A DNA stretch of 64,000 bases from Nemertoderma westbladi (taxonomy: Eukaryota; Animalia; Xenacoelomorpha), in the NCBI GenBank assembly GCA_032718475.1, contig JAUCBJ010009141.1, positions 1-64,000 on the forward strand, written 5' to 3'. Position 1 is the stretch's first letter. The number at the start of each line of letters is the position of its first letter. Positions 47,608 through 60,539 of the stretch are shown here, piece by piece. The translations under genes and the position numbers were made by a program. A model generated the notes under the pieces. That model saw nothing but the letters and a program-made list of their open reading frames with translations, searched no databases and was not told where the DNA came from.

Positions 47608-50600
47608 AGTATTAAAGCCATGTCAAAATCATTGGTGTTTTTCTGCAATAATTTATCAAAATATCCTCTGATTTTTTTCAAAAACCACATCGATTTTCTT
47701 ATTTATAACTTCTATCCCACTCCACGAGATAGAGAATCTTAAATGAACGTCAAAAGAACAGGTAACACTTACATTTATAGCAGTAATCAGCTGTTATTTG
47801 CTACGTCTTTCCGCTGGAGATGGATGAATTTTGATTGCGTTGGAACACCCCCTATCTGTGGCTGTCTGAGTGGAGAGATAAGTAGCCTATCTCCCTGTTA
47901 ATATTGTTGTGTTCTAGAATATTTATTATAGTTTCATCGTATTGCCAAAGTGACTAGAGCTGAAGTTGACTCATAATACAATAATTCACCTCAAATATCT
48001 CAGCTATTTCAAGAACATAATGAAGTATTAAATCCATGTCAAATTCCTTGGTATTTTTCTGCAATAATTTATCAAAATATCCTCTGATTTTTTTCAAAAA
48101 CCATATCAATTTTCATATTAATAACTTCTATCCCACTCAACGAGATAAAGTATCTTGTTGTGTTCTAGAATATTTTTTATAGTTTCATCGTATTGCCAAA
48201 GTGACAAGAGCTGAAGTTGTCTCATAATACAATAATTCACCTCAAATATCTCAGCTATTTCATGAACATAATAAAGTATTAAATCCATGTCAAAATCCTT
48301 GGTATTTTTCTGCAATAATTTATCAAAATATCCTCTGATTTTTTTCAAAAACCACATCAATTTTCATATTTATAACTTCTATCCCACTCCACGAGATAGA
48401 GATTCTTAAATGAACATCAAAAGAACAGGTAACACTTACATTTATAGAAGTAATCAGCTGTTATTTGCTACGTCTTTCCGCTGGAGATGGATGAATTTTG
48501 ATTGCGTTGGAACACCCCCTATCTGTGGCTTTCTGAGTGGAGAGATAAGTATCCTATCTCCCTATTAATATTGTTGTGTTCTAGAATATTTTTTATAGTT
48601 TCATCGTAATGCCAAAGTGACTAGAGCTGAAGTTAACTCATAATACAATAATTCACCTCAAATATCTCAGCTATTTCATGAACATAATGAAGTATTAAAT
48701 CCATGTCAAAATAATTGGTGTTTTTCTGCAATAATTTATCAAAATATCCTCTGATTCTTTACTATAACCATATCGATTTTAATATTTATATCTTCTAACC
48801 CACTCCAAGAGATAGATAATCTTAAATGAAAATCAAAAGAACAGGTAACACTTACATTTATAGAAGTAATCAGCTGTTATTTGCTACGTCTTTCCGCTGA
48901 AGATGAATGAATTTTGATTGTGTCAGAAAACCCCCTATCTGTGGTTGTATGAGTTGAGAGATAAGTAGCCTATCTCCCTATTAATATTGTTGTGTTCTAG
49001 AATATTTATTATAGTTTCATCGCATTGCTAAAGTGGCTGGAGCTAAAGTTATTATGTAATGCAATAATTCACCTCAAATATCTCAGCTATTTCATGAACA
49101 TAATGAAGTATTAAATCCATGTCAAAATCCTTGGTTTTTTTCTGCAATAATTTATCAAAATATCCTCTGATTTTTTTCAAAAACCATATCAATTTTCATA
49201 TTTATAACTTCTATCCCACTCCACGAGATAAAGAATCTTAAATGAAAGTCAAAAGAACAGGTAACACTTACATTTATAGAAGTAATCAGCTGTTATTTGC
49301 TACGTCTTTCCGCTGGAGATGGATGAATTTTGATTGTGTCAGAACACCCCCTATCTGTGGCTGTCTGAGTGGAGAGATAAGTATAGCCTATCTCCCTGTT
49401 AATATTGTTGTGTTCTAGAATATTTATTATAGTTTCATCGTATTGCCAAAGTGACTAGAGCTGAAGTTGACTCATAATACAATAATTCACCTCAAATATC
49501 TCAGCTATTTCATGAACATAATTAAGTATTAAATCCATGTCAAATTCCTTGGTATTTTTCTGCAATAATTTATCAAAATATCCTCTGATTTTTTTAAAAA
49601 ACCATATCAATTTTCATATTTATAACTTCTATCCCACTCCACGAGATAGAGAATCTTAAATGAACGTCAAAAGAACAGGTAACACTTACATTTATAGAAG
49701 TAATCAGCTGTTATTTGCTACGTCTTTCCGCTGGAGATGGATGAATTTTGATTGCGTTGGAACACCCCCTATCTGTGGCTGTCTGAGAGGAGAGTAAAGT
49801 AGCCTATCTCCCTGTTAATATTGTTGTGTTCTAGAATATTTATTATAGTTTCATCGTATTGCCAAAGTGACTAGAGCTGAAGTTGACTCATAATACAATA
49901 ATTCACCTCAAATATCTCAGCTATTTCATGAACATAATGAAGTATTAAAGCCATTTCAAATTCCTTGGTATTTTTCTGCAATAATTTATCAAAATATCCT
50001 CTGATTTTATTCAAAAACCATATCAATTTTCATATTTATAACTTCTATCCCACTCAACGAGATAAAGTATCTTAAATGAAATTCAAAAGAACAGGTAACA
50101 CTTACATTTATAGAAGTAATCAGCTGTTATTTGCTATGTCTTTCCACTTGAGATGGATGAATTTTGATTGCGTTGGAACACCCCCTATCTGTGGCTTTCT
50201 GAGTGGAGAGATAAGTATCCTATCTCCCTATTAATATTGTTGTGTTCTAGAATATTTTTTATAGTTTCATCGTATTGCCAAAGTGACAAGAGCTGAAGTT
50301 GTCTCATAATACAATAATTCACCTCAAATATCTCAGCTATTTCATGAACATAATGAAGTATTAAATCCATGTCAAAATCCTTGGTATTTTTCTGCAATAA
50401 TTTATCAAAATATCCTCTGATTTTTTTCAAAAACCATATCAATTTTCATATTTATAACTTCTATCCCACTCCACGAGATAGAGAATCTTAAATGAACATC
50501 AAAAGAACAGGTAACACTTACATTTATAGAAGTAATCAGCTGTTATTTGCTACGTCTTTCCGCTGGAGATGGATGAATTTTGATTGCGTTGGAACACCCC

Positions 50601-53600
50601 CTATCTGTGGCTTTCTGAGTGGAGAGATAAGTATCCTATCTCCCTATTAATATTGTTGTGTTCTAGAATATTTATTATAGTTTCATCGTATTGCCAAAGT
50701 GACTAGAGCTGAAGTTAACTCATAATACAATAATTCACCTCAAATATCTCAGCTATTTCATGAACATAATGAAGTATTAAATCCATGTCAAAATCCTTGG
50801 TATTTTTCTGCAATAATTTATCAAAATATCCTCTGATTTTTTTCAAAAACCATATCAATTTTCATATTTATAACTTCTATCCCACTCCACGAGATAGAGA
50901 ATCTTAAATGAACATCAAAAGAACAGGTAACACTTACATTTATAGAAGTAATCAGCTGTTATTTGCTACGTCTTTCCGCTGGAGATGGATGAATTTTGAT
51001 TGCGTTGGAACACCCCCTATCTGTGGCTTTCTGAGTGGAGAGATAAGTATCCTATCTCCCTATTAATATTGTTGTGTTCTAGAATATTTTTTATAGTTTC
51101 ATCGTATTGCCAAAGTGACTAGAGCTGAAGTTAACTCATAATACAATAATTCACCTCAAATATCTCAGCTATTTCATGAACATAATGAAGTATTAAATCC
51201 ATGTCAAAATAATTGGTGTTTTTCTGCAATAATTTATCAAAATATCCTCGGATTCTTTACTATAACCATATCGATTTTAATATTTATAACTTCTAACCCA
51301 CTCCACGAGATAGATAATCTTAAATGAAAATCAAAAGAACAGGTAACACTTACATTTATAGAAGTAATCAGCTGTTATTTGCTACGTCTTTCCGCTGAAG
51401 ATGAATGAATTTTGATTGTGTCAGAAAACCCCCTATCTGTGGTTGTATGAGTTGAGAGATAAGTAGCCTATCTCCCTATTAATATTGTTGTGTTCTAGAA
51501 TATTTATTATAGTTTCATCGCATTGCTAAAGTGGCTGGAGCTAAAGTTATTATGTAATGCAATAATTCACCTCAAATATCTCAGCTATTTCATGAACATA
51601 ATGAAGTATTAAATCCATGTCAAAATCCTTGGTATTTTTCTGCAATAATTTATCAAAATATCCTCTGATTTTTTTCAAAAACCATATCAATTTTCATATT
51701 TATAACTTCTATCCCACTCCACGAGATAAAGAATCTTAAATGAAAGTCAAAAGAACAGGTAACACTTACATTTATAGAAGTAATCAGCTGTTATTTGCTA
51801 CGTCTTTCCGCTGGAGATGGATGAATTTTGATTGTGTCAGAACACCCCCTATCTGTGGCTGTCTCGAGTTGAGAGATAAGTAGCCTATCTCCCTATTAAT
51901 ATTGTTGTGTTCTAGAATATTTATTATAGTTTCATCGCATTGCTAAAGTGGCTGGAGCTAAAGTTATTATGTAATGCAATAATTCACCTCAAATATCTCA
52001 GCTATTTCATGAACATAATGAAGTATTAAATCCATGTCAAAATCCTTGGTATTTTTCTGCAATAATTTATCAAAATATCCTCTGATTTTTTTCAAAAACC
52101 ATATCAATTTTCATATTTATAACTTCTATCCCACTCCACGAGATAAAGAATCTTAAATGAAAGTCAAAAGAACAGGTAACACTTACATTTATAGAAGTAA
52201 TCAGCTGTTATTTGCTACGTCTTTCCGCTGGAGATGGATGAATTTTGATTGTGTCAGAACACCCCCTATCTGTGGCTGTCTGAGTGGAGAGATAAGTAGC
52301 CTATCTCCCTATTAATATTGTTGTGTTCTAGAATATTTATTATAGTTTCATCGTATTGCCAAAGTGGCTAGAGCTGAAGTTATTCATGTAATACAATAAT
52401 TCACCTCAAATATCTCAGCTATTTCATGAACATAATGAAGTATTAAAGCCATGTCAAAATCCTTGGTATTTTTCTGCAATAATTTATCAAAATATCCTCT
52501 GATTTTTTTCAAAAACCATATCAATTTTCATATTTATAACTTCTATCCCACTCAACGAGATAAAGTATCTTAAATGAAAGTCAAAAGAACAGGTAACACT
52601 TACATTTATAGAAGTAATCAGCTGTTATTTGCTACGTCTTTCCGCTGGAGATGGATGAATTTTGATTGCGTTGGAACACCCCCTATCTGTGGCTTTCTGA
52701 GTGGAGAGATAAGTATCCTATCTCCCTATTAATATTGTTGTGTTCTAGAATATTTTTTATAGTTTCATCGTATTGCCAAAGTGACTAGAGCTGAAGTTAA
52801 CTCATAATACAATAATTCACCTCAAATATCTCAGCTATTTCATGAACATAATGAAGTATTAAATCCATGTCAAAATAATTGGTGTTTTTCTGCAATAATT
52901 TATCAAAATATCCTCTGATTCTTTACTATAACCATATCGATTTTAATATTTATAACTTCTAACCCACTCCACGAGATAGATAATCTTAAATGAAAATCAA
53001 AAGAACAGGTAACACTTACATTTATAGAAGTAATCAGCTGTTATTTGCTACGTCTTTCCGCTGAAGATGAATGAATTTTGATTGTGTCAGAAAACCCCCT
53101 ATCTGTGGTTGTATGAGTTGAGAGATAAGTAGCCTATCTCCCTATTAATATTGTTGTGTTCTAGAATATTTATTATAGTTTCATCGCATTGCTAAAGTGG
53201 CTGGAGCTAAAGTTATTATGTAATGCAATAATTCACCTCAAATATCTCAGCTATTTCATGAACATAATGAAGTATTAAATCCATGTCAAAATCCTTGGTA
53301 TTTTTCTGCAATAATTTATCAAAATATCCTCTGATTTTTTTCAAAAACCATATCAATTTTCATATTTATAACTTCTATCCCACTCCACGAGATAAAGAAT
53401 CTTAAATGAAAGTCAAAAGAACAGGTAACACTTACATTTATAGAAGTAATCAGCTGTTATTTGCTACGTCTTTCCGCTGGAGATGGATGAATTTTGATTG
53501 TGTCAGAACACCCCCTATCTGTGGCTGTCTGAGTTGAGAAATAAGTAGCCTATCTCCCTATTAATATTGTTGTGTTCTAGAATATTTATAATAGTTTCAT

Positions 53601-56600
53601 CGTATTGCTAAAGTGGCTGGAAATAAAGTTATTATGTAATGCAATAATTCACCTCAAATATCTCAGCTATTTCATGAACATAATGAAGTATTAAAGCCAT
53701 GTCAAAATCCTTGGTGTTTTTCTGCAATAATTTATCAAAATATCCTCTGATTTTTTTCAAAAACCATATCAATTTTCATATTTATAACTTCTAACCCACT
53801 CCACGAGATAAAGAATCTTAAATGAAAGTCAAAAGAACAGGTAACACTTACATTTATAGAAGTAATCAGCTGTTATTTGCTACGTCTTTCCGCTGGAGAT
53901 GGATGAATTTTGATTGCGTTGGAACACCCCCTATCTGTGGCTTTCTGAGTGGAGAGATAAGTATCCTATCTCCCTATTAATATTGTTGTGTTCTAGAATA
54001 TTTTTTATAGTTTCATCGTATTGCCAAAGTGACAAGAGCTGAAGTTGTCTCATAATACAATAATTCACCTCAAATATCTCAGCTATTTCATGAACATAAT
54101 GAAGTATTGATTCCTTGGTATTTTTCTGCAATAATTTATCAAAATATCCTCTGATTTTTTTCAAAAACCATATCAATTTTCATATTTATAACTTCTATCC
54201 CACTCCACGAGATAGAGAATCTTAAATGAACGTCAAAAGAACAGGTAACACTTACATTTATAGAAGTAATCAGCTGTTATTTGCTACGTCTTTCCGCTGG
54301 AGATGGATGAATTTTGATTGCGTTGGAACACCCCCTATCTGTGACTTTCTGAGTGGAGAGATAAGTATCCTATCTCCCTATTAATATTGTTGTGTTCTAG
54401 AATATTTTTTATAGTTTCATCGTATTGCCAAATTGACTAGAGCTGAAGTTAACTCATAATACAATAATTCACCTCAAATATCTCAGCTATTTCATGAACA
54501 TAATGAAGTATTAAAGCCATGTCAAAATAATTGGTGTTTTTCTGCAATAATTTATCAAAATATCCTCTGATTCTTTACTATAACCATATCGATTTTAATA
54601 TTTATAACTTCTAACCCACTCCACGAGATAGATAATCTTAAATGAAAATCAAAAGAACAGGTAACACTTACATTTATAGAAGTAATCAGCTGTTATTTGC
54701 TACGTCTTTCCGCTGAAGATGAATGAATTTTGATTGCGTTGGAACACCCCCTATCTGTGGCTGTCTGAGAGGAGAGATAAGTAGCCTATCTCCCTGTTAA
54801 TATTGTTGTGTTCTAGAATATTTATTATAGTTTCATCGTATTGCCAAAGTGACTAGAGCTGAAGTTGACTCATAATACAATAATTCACCTCAAATATCTC
54901 AGCTATTTCATGAACATAATGAAGTATTAAATCCATGTCAAAATCCTTGGTATTTTTCTGCAATAATTTATCAAAATATCCTCTGATTTTTTTCAAAAAC
55001 CACATCGATTTTCATATTTATAACTTCTATCCCACTCCACGAGATAAATAATCTTAAATGAAAGTCAAAAGAACAGGTAACACTTACATTTATAGAAGTA
55101 ATCAGCTGTTATTTGCTACGTCTTTCCGCTGGAGATGGATGAATTTTGATTGTGTCAGAACACCCCCCATCTGTGGCTGTCTGATTTGAGAAATAAGTAG
55201 CCTATCTCCCTATTAATATTGTTGTGTTCTAGAATATTTAATATAGTTTCATCGTATTGCTAAAGTGGCTGGAGCTGAAGTTGACTCATAATACAATAAT
55301 TCACCTCAAATATCTCAGCTATTTCATGAACATAATGAAGTATTAAATCCATGTCAAATTCCTTGGTATTTTTCTGCAATAATTTATCAAAATATCCTCT
55401 GATTTTTTTCAAAAACCATATCAATTTTCATATTTATAACTTCTATCCCACTCCACGAGATAAAGAATCTTAAATGAAAGTCAAAAGAACAGGTAACACT
55501 TACATTTATAGAAGTAATCAGCTGTTATTTGCTACATCTTTCCGCTGGAGATGGATGAATTTTGATTGTGTCAGAACACCCCCTATCTGTGGCTGTCTGA
55601 GTTGAGAAATAAGTAGCCTATCTCCCTATTAATATTGTTGTGTTCTAGAATATTTATTATAGTTTCATCGTATTGCTAAAGTGGCTGGAGCTAAAGTTAT
55701 TATGTAATGCAATAATTCACCTCAAATATCTCAGCTATTTCATGAACATAATGAAGTATTAAAGCCATGTCAAAATCCTTGGTGTTTTTCTGCAATAATT
55801 TATCAAAATATCCTCTGATTTATTACAAAAATCATATCGATTTTCATATTTATAACTTCTATCCCACTCAACGAGATAAAGTATCTTAAATGAAAGTCAA
55901 AAGAACAGGTAACACTTACATTTATAGAAGTAATCAGCTGTTATTTGCTACGTCTTTCCGCTGGAGATGGATTAATTTTGATTGCGTTGGAACACCCCCT
56001 ATCTGTGGCTTTCTGAGTGGAGAGATAAGTATCCTATCTCCCTATTAATATTGTTGTGTTCTAGAATATTTTTTATAGTTTCATCGTATTGCCAAAGTGA
56101 CTAGAGCTGAAGTTAACTCATAATACAATAATTCACCTCAAATATCTCAGCTATTTCATGAACATAATGAAGTATTAAAGCCATGTCAAAATCATTGGTG
56201 TTTTTCTGCAATAATTTATCAAAATATCCTCTGATTTTTTTCAAAAACCACATCGATTTTCTTATTTATAACTTCTATCCCACTCCACGAGATAGAGAAT
56301 CTTAAATGAACGTCAAAAGAACAGGTAACACTTACATTTATAGCAGTAATCAGCTGTTATTTGCTACGTCTTTCCGCTGGAGATGGATGAATTTTGATTG
56401 CGTTGGAACACCCCCTATCTGTGGCTGTCTGAGTGGAGAGATAAGTAGCCTATCTCCCTGTTAATATTGTTGTGTTCTAGAATATTTATTATAGTTTCAT
56501 CGTATTGCCAAAGTGACTAGAGCTGAAGTTGACTCATAATACAATAATTCACCTCAAATATCTCAGCTATTTCAAGAACATAATGAAGTATTAAATCCAT

Positions 56601-59446
56601 GTCAAATTCCTTGGTATTTTTCTGCAATAATTTATCAAAATATCCTCTGATTTTTTTCAAAAACCATATCAATTTTCATATTAATAACTTCTATCCCACT
56701 CAACGAGATAAAGTATCTTGTTGTGTTCTAGAATATTTTTTATAGTTTCATCGTATTGCCAAAGTGACAAGAGCTGAAGTTGTCTCATAATACAATAATT
56801 CACCTCAAATATCTCAGCTATTTCATGAACATAATAAAGTATTAAATCCATGTCAAAATCCTTGGTATTTTTCTGCAATAATTTATCAAAATATCCTCTG
56901 ATTTTTTTCAAAAACCATATCAATTTTCATATTTATAACTTCTATCCCACTCCACGAGATAGAGAATCTTAAATGAACATCAAAAGAACAGGTAACACTT
57001 ACATTTATAGAAGTAATCAGCTGTTATTTGCTACGTCTTTCCGCTGGAGATGGATGAATTTTGATTGCGTTGGAACACCCCCTATCTGTGGCTTTCTGAG
57101 TGGAGAGATAAGTATCCTATCTCCCTATTAATATTGTTGTGTTCTAGAATATTTTTTATAGTTTCATCGTATTGCCAAAGTGACTAGAGCTGAAGTTAAC
57201 TCATAATACAATAATTCACCTCAAATATCTCAGCTATTTCATGAACATAATGAAGTATTAAATCCATGTCAAAATAATTGGTGTTTTTCTGCAATAATTT
57301 ATCAAAATATCCTCTGATTCTTTACTATAACCATATCGATTTTAATATTTATAACTTCTAACCCACTCCAAGAGATAGATAATCTTAAATGAAAATCAAA
57401 AGAACAGGTAACACTTACATTTATAGAAGTAATCAGCTGTTATTTGCTACGTCTTTCCGCTGAAGATGAATGAATTTTGATTGTGTCAGAAAACCCCCTA
57501 TCTGTGGTTGTATGAGTTGAGAGATAAGTAGCCTATCTCCCTATTAATATTGTTGTGTTCTAGAATATTTATTATAGTTTCATCGCATTGCTAAAGTGGC
57601 TGGAGCTAAAGTTATTATGTAATGCAATAATTCACCTCAAATATCTCAGCTATTTCATGAACATAATGAAGTATTAAATCCATGTCAAAATCCTTGGTAT
57701 TTTTCTGCAATAATTTATCAAAATATCCTCTGATTTTTTTCAAAAACCATATCAATTTTCATATTTATAACTTCTATCCCACTCCACGAGATAAAGAATC
57801 TTAAATGAAAGTCAAAAGAACAGGTAACACTTACATTTATAGAAGTAATCAGCTGTTATTTGCTACGTCTTTCCGCTGGAGATGGATGAATTTTGATTGT
57901 GTCAGAACACCCCCTATCTGTGGCTGTCTGAGTGGAGAGATAAGTATAGCCTATCTCCCTGTTAATATTGTTGTGTTCTAGAATATTTATTATAGTTTCA
58001 TCGTATTGCCAAAGTGACTAGAGCTGAAGTTGACTCATAATACAATAATTCACCTCAAATATCTCAGCTATTTCATGAACATAATTAAGTATTAAATCCA
58101 TGTCAAATTCCTTGGTATTTTTCTGCAATAATTTATCAAAATATCCTCTGATTTTTTTAAAAAACCATATCAATTTTCATATTTATAACTTCTATCCCAC
58201 TCCACGAGATAGAGAATCTTAAATGAACGTCAAAAGAACAGGTAACACTTACATTTATAGAAGTAATCAGCTGTTATTTGCTACGTCTTTCCGCTGGAGA
58301 TGGATGAATTTTGATTGCGTTGGAACACCCCCTATCTGTGGCTGTCTGAGAGGAGAGATAAGTAGCCTATTTCCCTGTTAATATTGTTGTGTTCTAGAAT
58401 ATTTATTATAGTTTCATCGTATTGCCAAAGTGACTAGAGCTGAAGTTGACTCATAATACAATAATTCACCTCAAATATATCAGCTATTTCATGAACATAA
58501 TGAAGTATTAAAGCCATTTCAAATTCCTTGGTATTTTTCTGCAATAATTTATCAAAATATCCTCTGATTTTTTCCAAAAACCATATCAATTTTCATATTT
58601 ATAACTTCTATCCCACTCCACGAGATAAAGAATCTTAAATGAAAGTCAAAAGAACAGGTAACACTTACATTTATAGAAGTAATCAGCTGTTATTTGCTAC
58701 GTCTTTCCGCTGGAGATGGATGAATTTTGATTGTGTCAGAACACGCCTTATCTGTGGCTGTCTAAGTGGAGAGATAAGTATCCTATCTCCCTATTAATAT
58801 TGTTGTGTTCTAGAATATTTTTTATAGTTTCATCGTATTGCCAAAGTGACAAGAGCTGAAGTTGTCTCATAATACAATAATTCACCTCAAATATCTCAGC
58901 TATTTCATGAACATAATGAAGTATTGAATCCTTGGTATTTTTCTGCAATAATTTATCAAAATATCCTCTGATTTTTTACAAAAACCATATCAATTTTAAT
59001 ATTTATAACTTCTATCCCACTCCACGAGATAGAGAATCTTAAATGAACGTCAAAAGAACAGGTAACACTTACATTTATAGAAGTAATCAGCTGTTATTTG
59101 TCACGTCTTTCCGCTGGAGATGGATGAATTTTGATTGCGTTGGAACACCCCCTATCTGTGGCTTTCTGAGTGGAGAGATAAGTATCCTATCTCCCTATTA
59201 ATATTGTTGTGTTCTAGAATATTTTTTATAGTTTCATCGTATTGCCAAAGTGACAAGAGCTGAAGTTGTCTCATAATACAATAATTCACCTCAAATATCT
59301 CAGCTATTTCATGAACATAATGAAGTATTGAATCCTTGGTATTTTTCTGCAATAATTTATCAAAATATCCTCTGATTATTTTCAAAAACCATATCAATTT
59401 TCATATTTATAACTTCTATCCCACTCCACGAGATAGAGAATCTTAA
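47608..59446. repeat. 416-bp satellite array, block 3 (~28 monomers)
   Basis: Same monomer; deletion variants at ~48156 and ~56719. Confidence 0.98.
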
Positions 59447-60539
59447 CCCTATTACCACTGGGGTGTTTTGACCATTAGCACCACTGGGGGGGGGGGCCGA
59501 TTCGGCCCACCCACTATATTTTTGTAGTCGTCCAATGAAATCCTACAAAATTTGGGCTGTTAGTGAAACAACTATAGATGAACACTACCAAACCTTAAAA
59601 AATTAAAATTTCATAAGCAGGGACTCATAATTTTGATGAAAAATAAAAGTAGTCCCAGGACAAAATTACAAAATTTTTCGTTTTCTAAAAACTAATAGTG
59701 TGGCAGTGTTGGCTAGATTTAGTAGGTTTTTCAAGACGCTGAATCGAATGTGATTATATTCCACTTCCAAAAATTGAAGTGGATGCTATTTTTCGTCCAC
59801 CTAAGAAGTGGGCGTGGCACTTCAAATTTTGAAAAATACGAGATTCGGAAAATAAACCAAAATTGAAATTTTAACGAATTTATATAGGTTTTCCAGACCG
59901 CTGAATCGATTGAAAGTAATATAGAAGCCTGAAGACTTAGAAGTTAGCCATTTTTTGAAATCAAAACTTTAGTGTTTTTTCCGAATAAAGTAATTTTGAA
60001 AATTTGAAGTTCCACGCCCTAATTTTGGTGCACCAAAAATGGCGAACCACTAAGTCTTCAGGCTTCTATATTACTTTCAATCGATTCAGCGCCCCAGAAA
60101 ACCTATAAAAATGCTTTGCAAATCAAAACTTTAGTGTATTTTCCGAATCTCGTTTTTTTCAAAATTTGAAGTGCCACGCCCTAATTTTGGTGCACCAAAA
60201 ATGGCGAACTACTACACTTACATACTTGTATAGAGCATTAGAGTGATCCAAACCAATAAAAATTAATAAAAATAGCCCAAACATAAATAATTACTAAATC
60301 ACGAATGACTTTGTAAAATTCGAAAATTTCAAAAAATTTGGTGCTGGAGACCAAATTTTGAGGTGGCACCCACATCGAAAAGTAGAAATCCAATTGCAAC
60401 GGCGTTTTTTGCAAAAGATGCGGCATTCAATTTGGCTAATTCTCACAAAAAATTGGGCCGGTACGTAATGTGGTTGCATAGTTACAGCAACTAAAAACTA
60501 GGAAGGGGCCGATTCGGCCCCCCCCCAGTGGTAATAGGG
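59447..60539. mobile_element. piggyBac-type MITE (1093 bp)
   Basis: TTAA TSD at 59443-59446 and 60540-60543. 17-bp TIR CCCTATTACCACTGGGG. Subterminal G-run plus GGCCGATTCGGCC. Internal inverted repeat ~59810-59940 vs ~60050-60181. No transposase. Confidence 0.93.
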
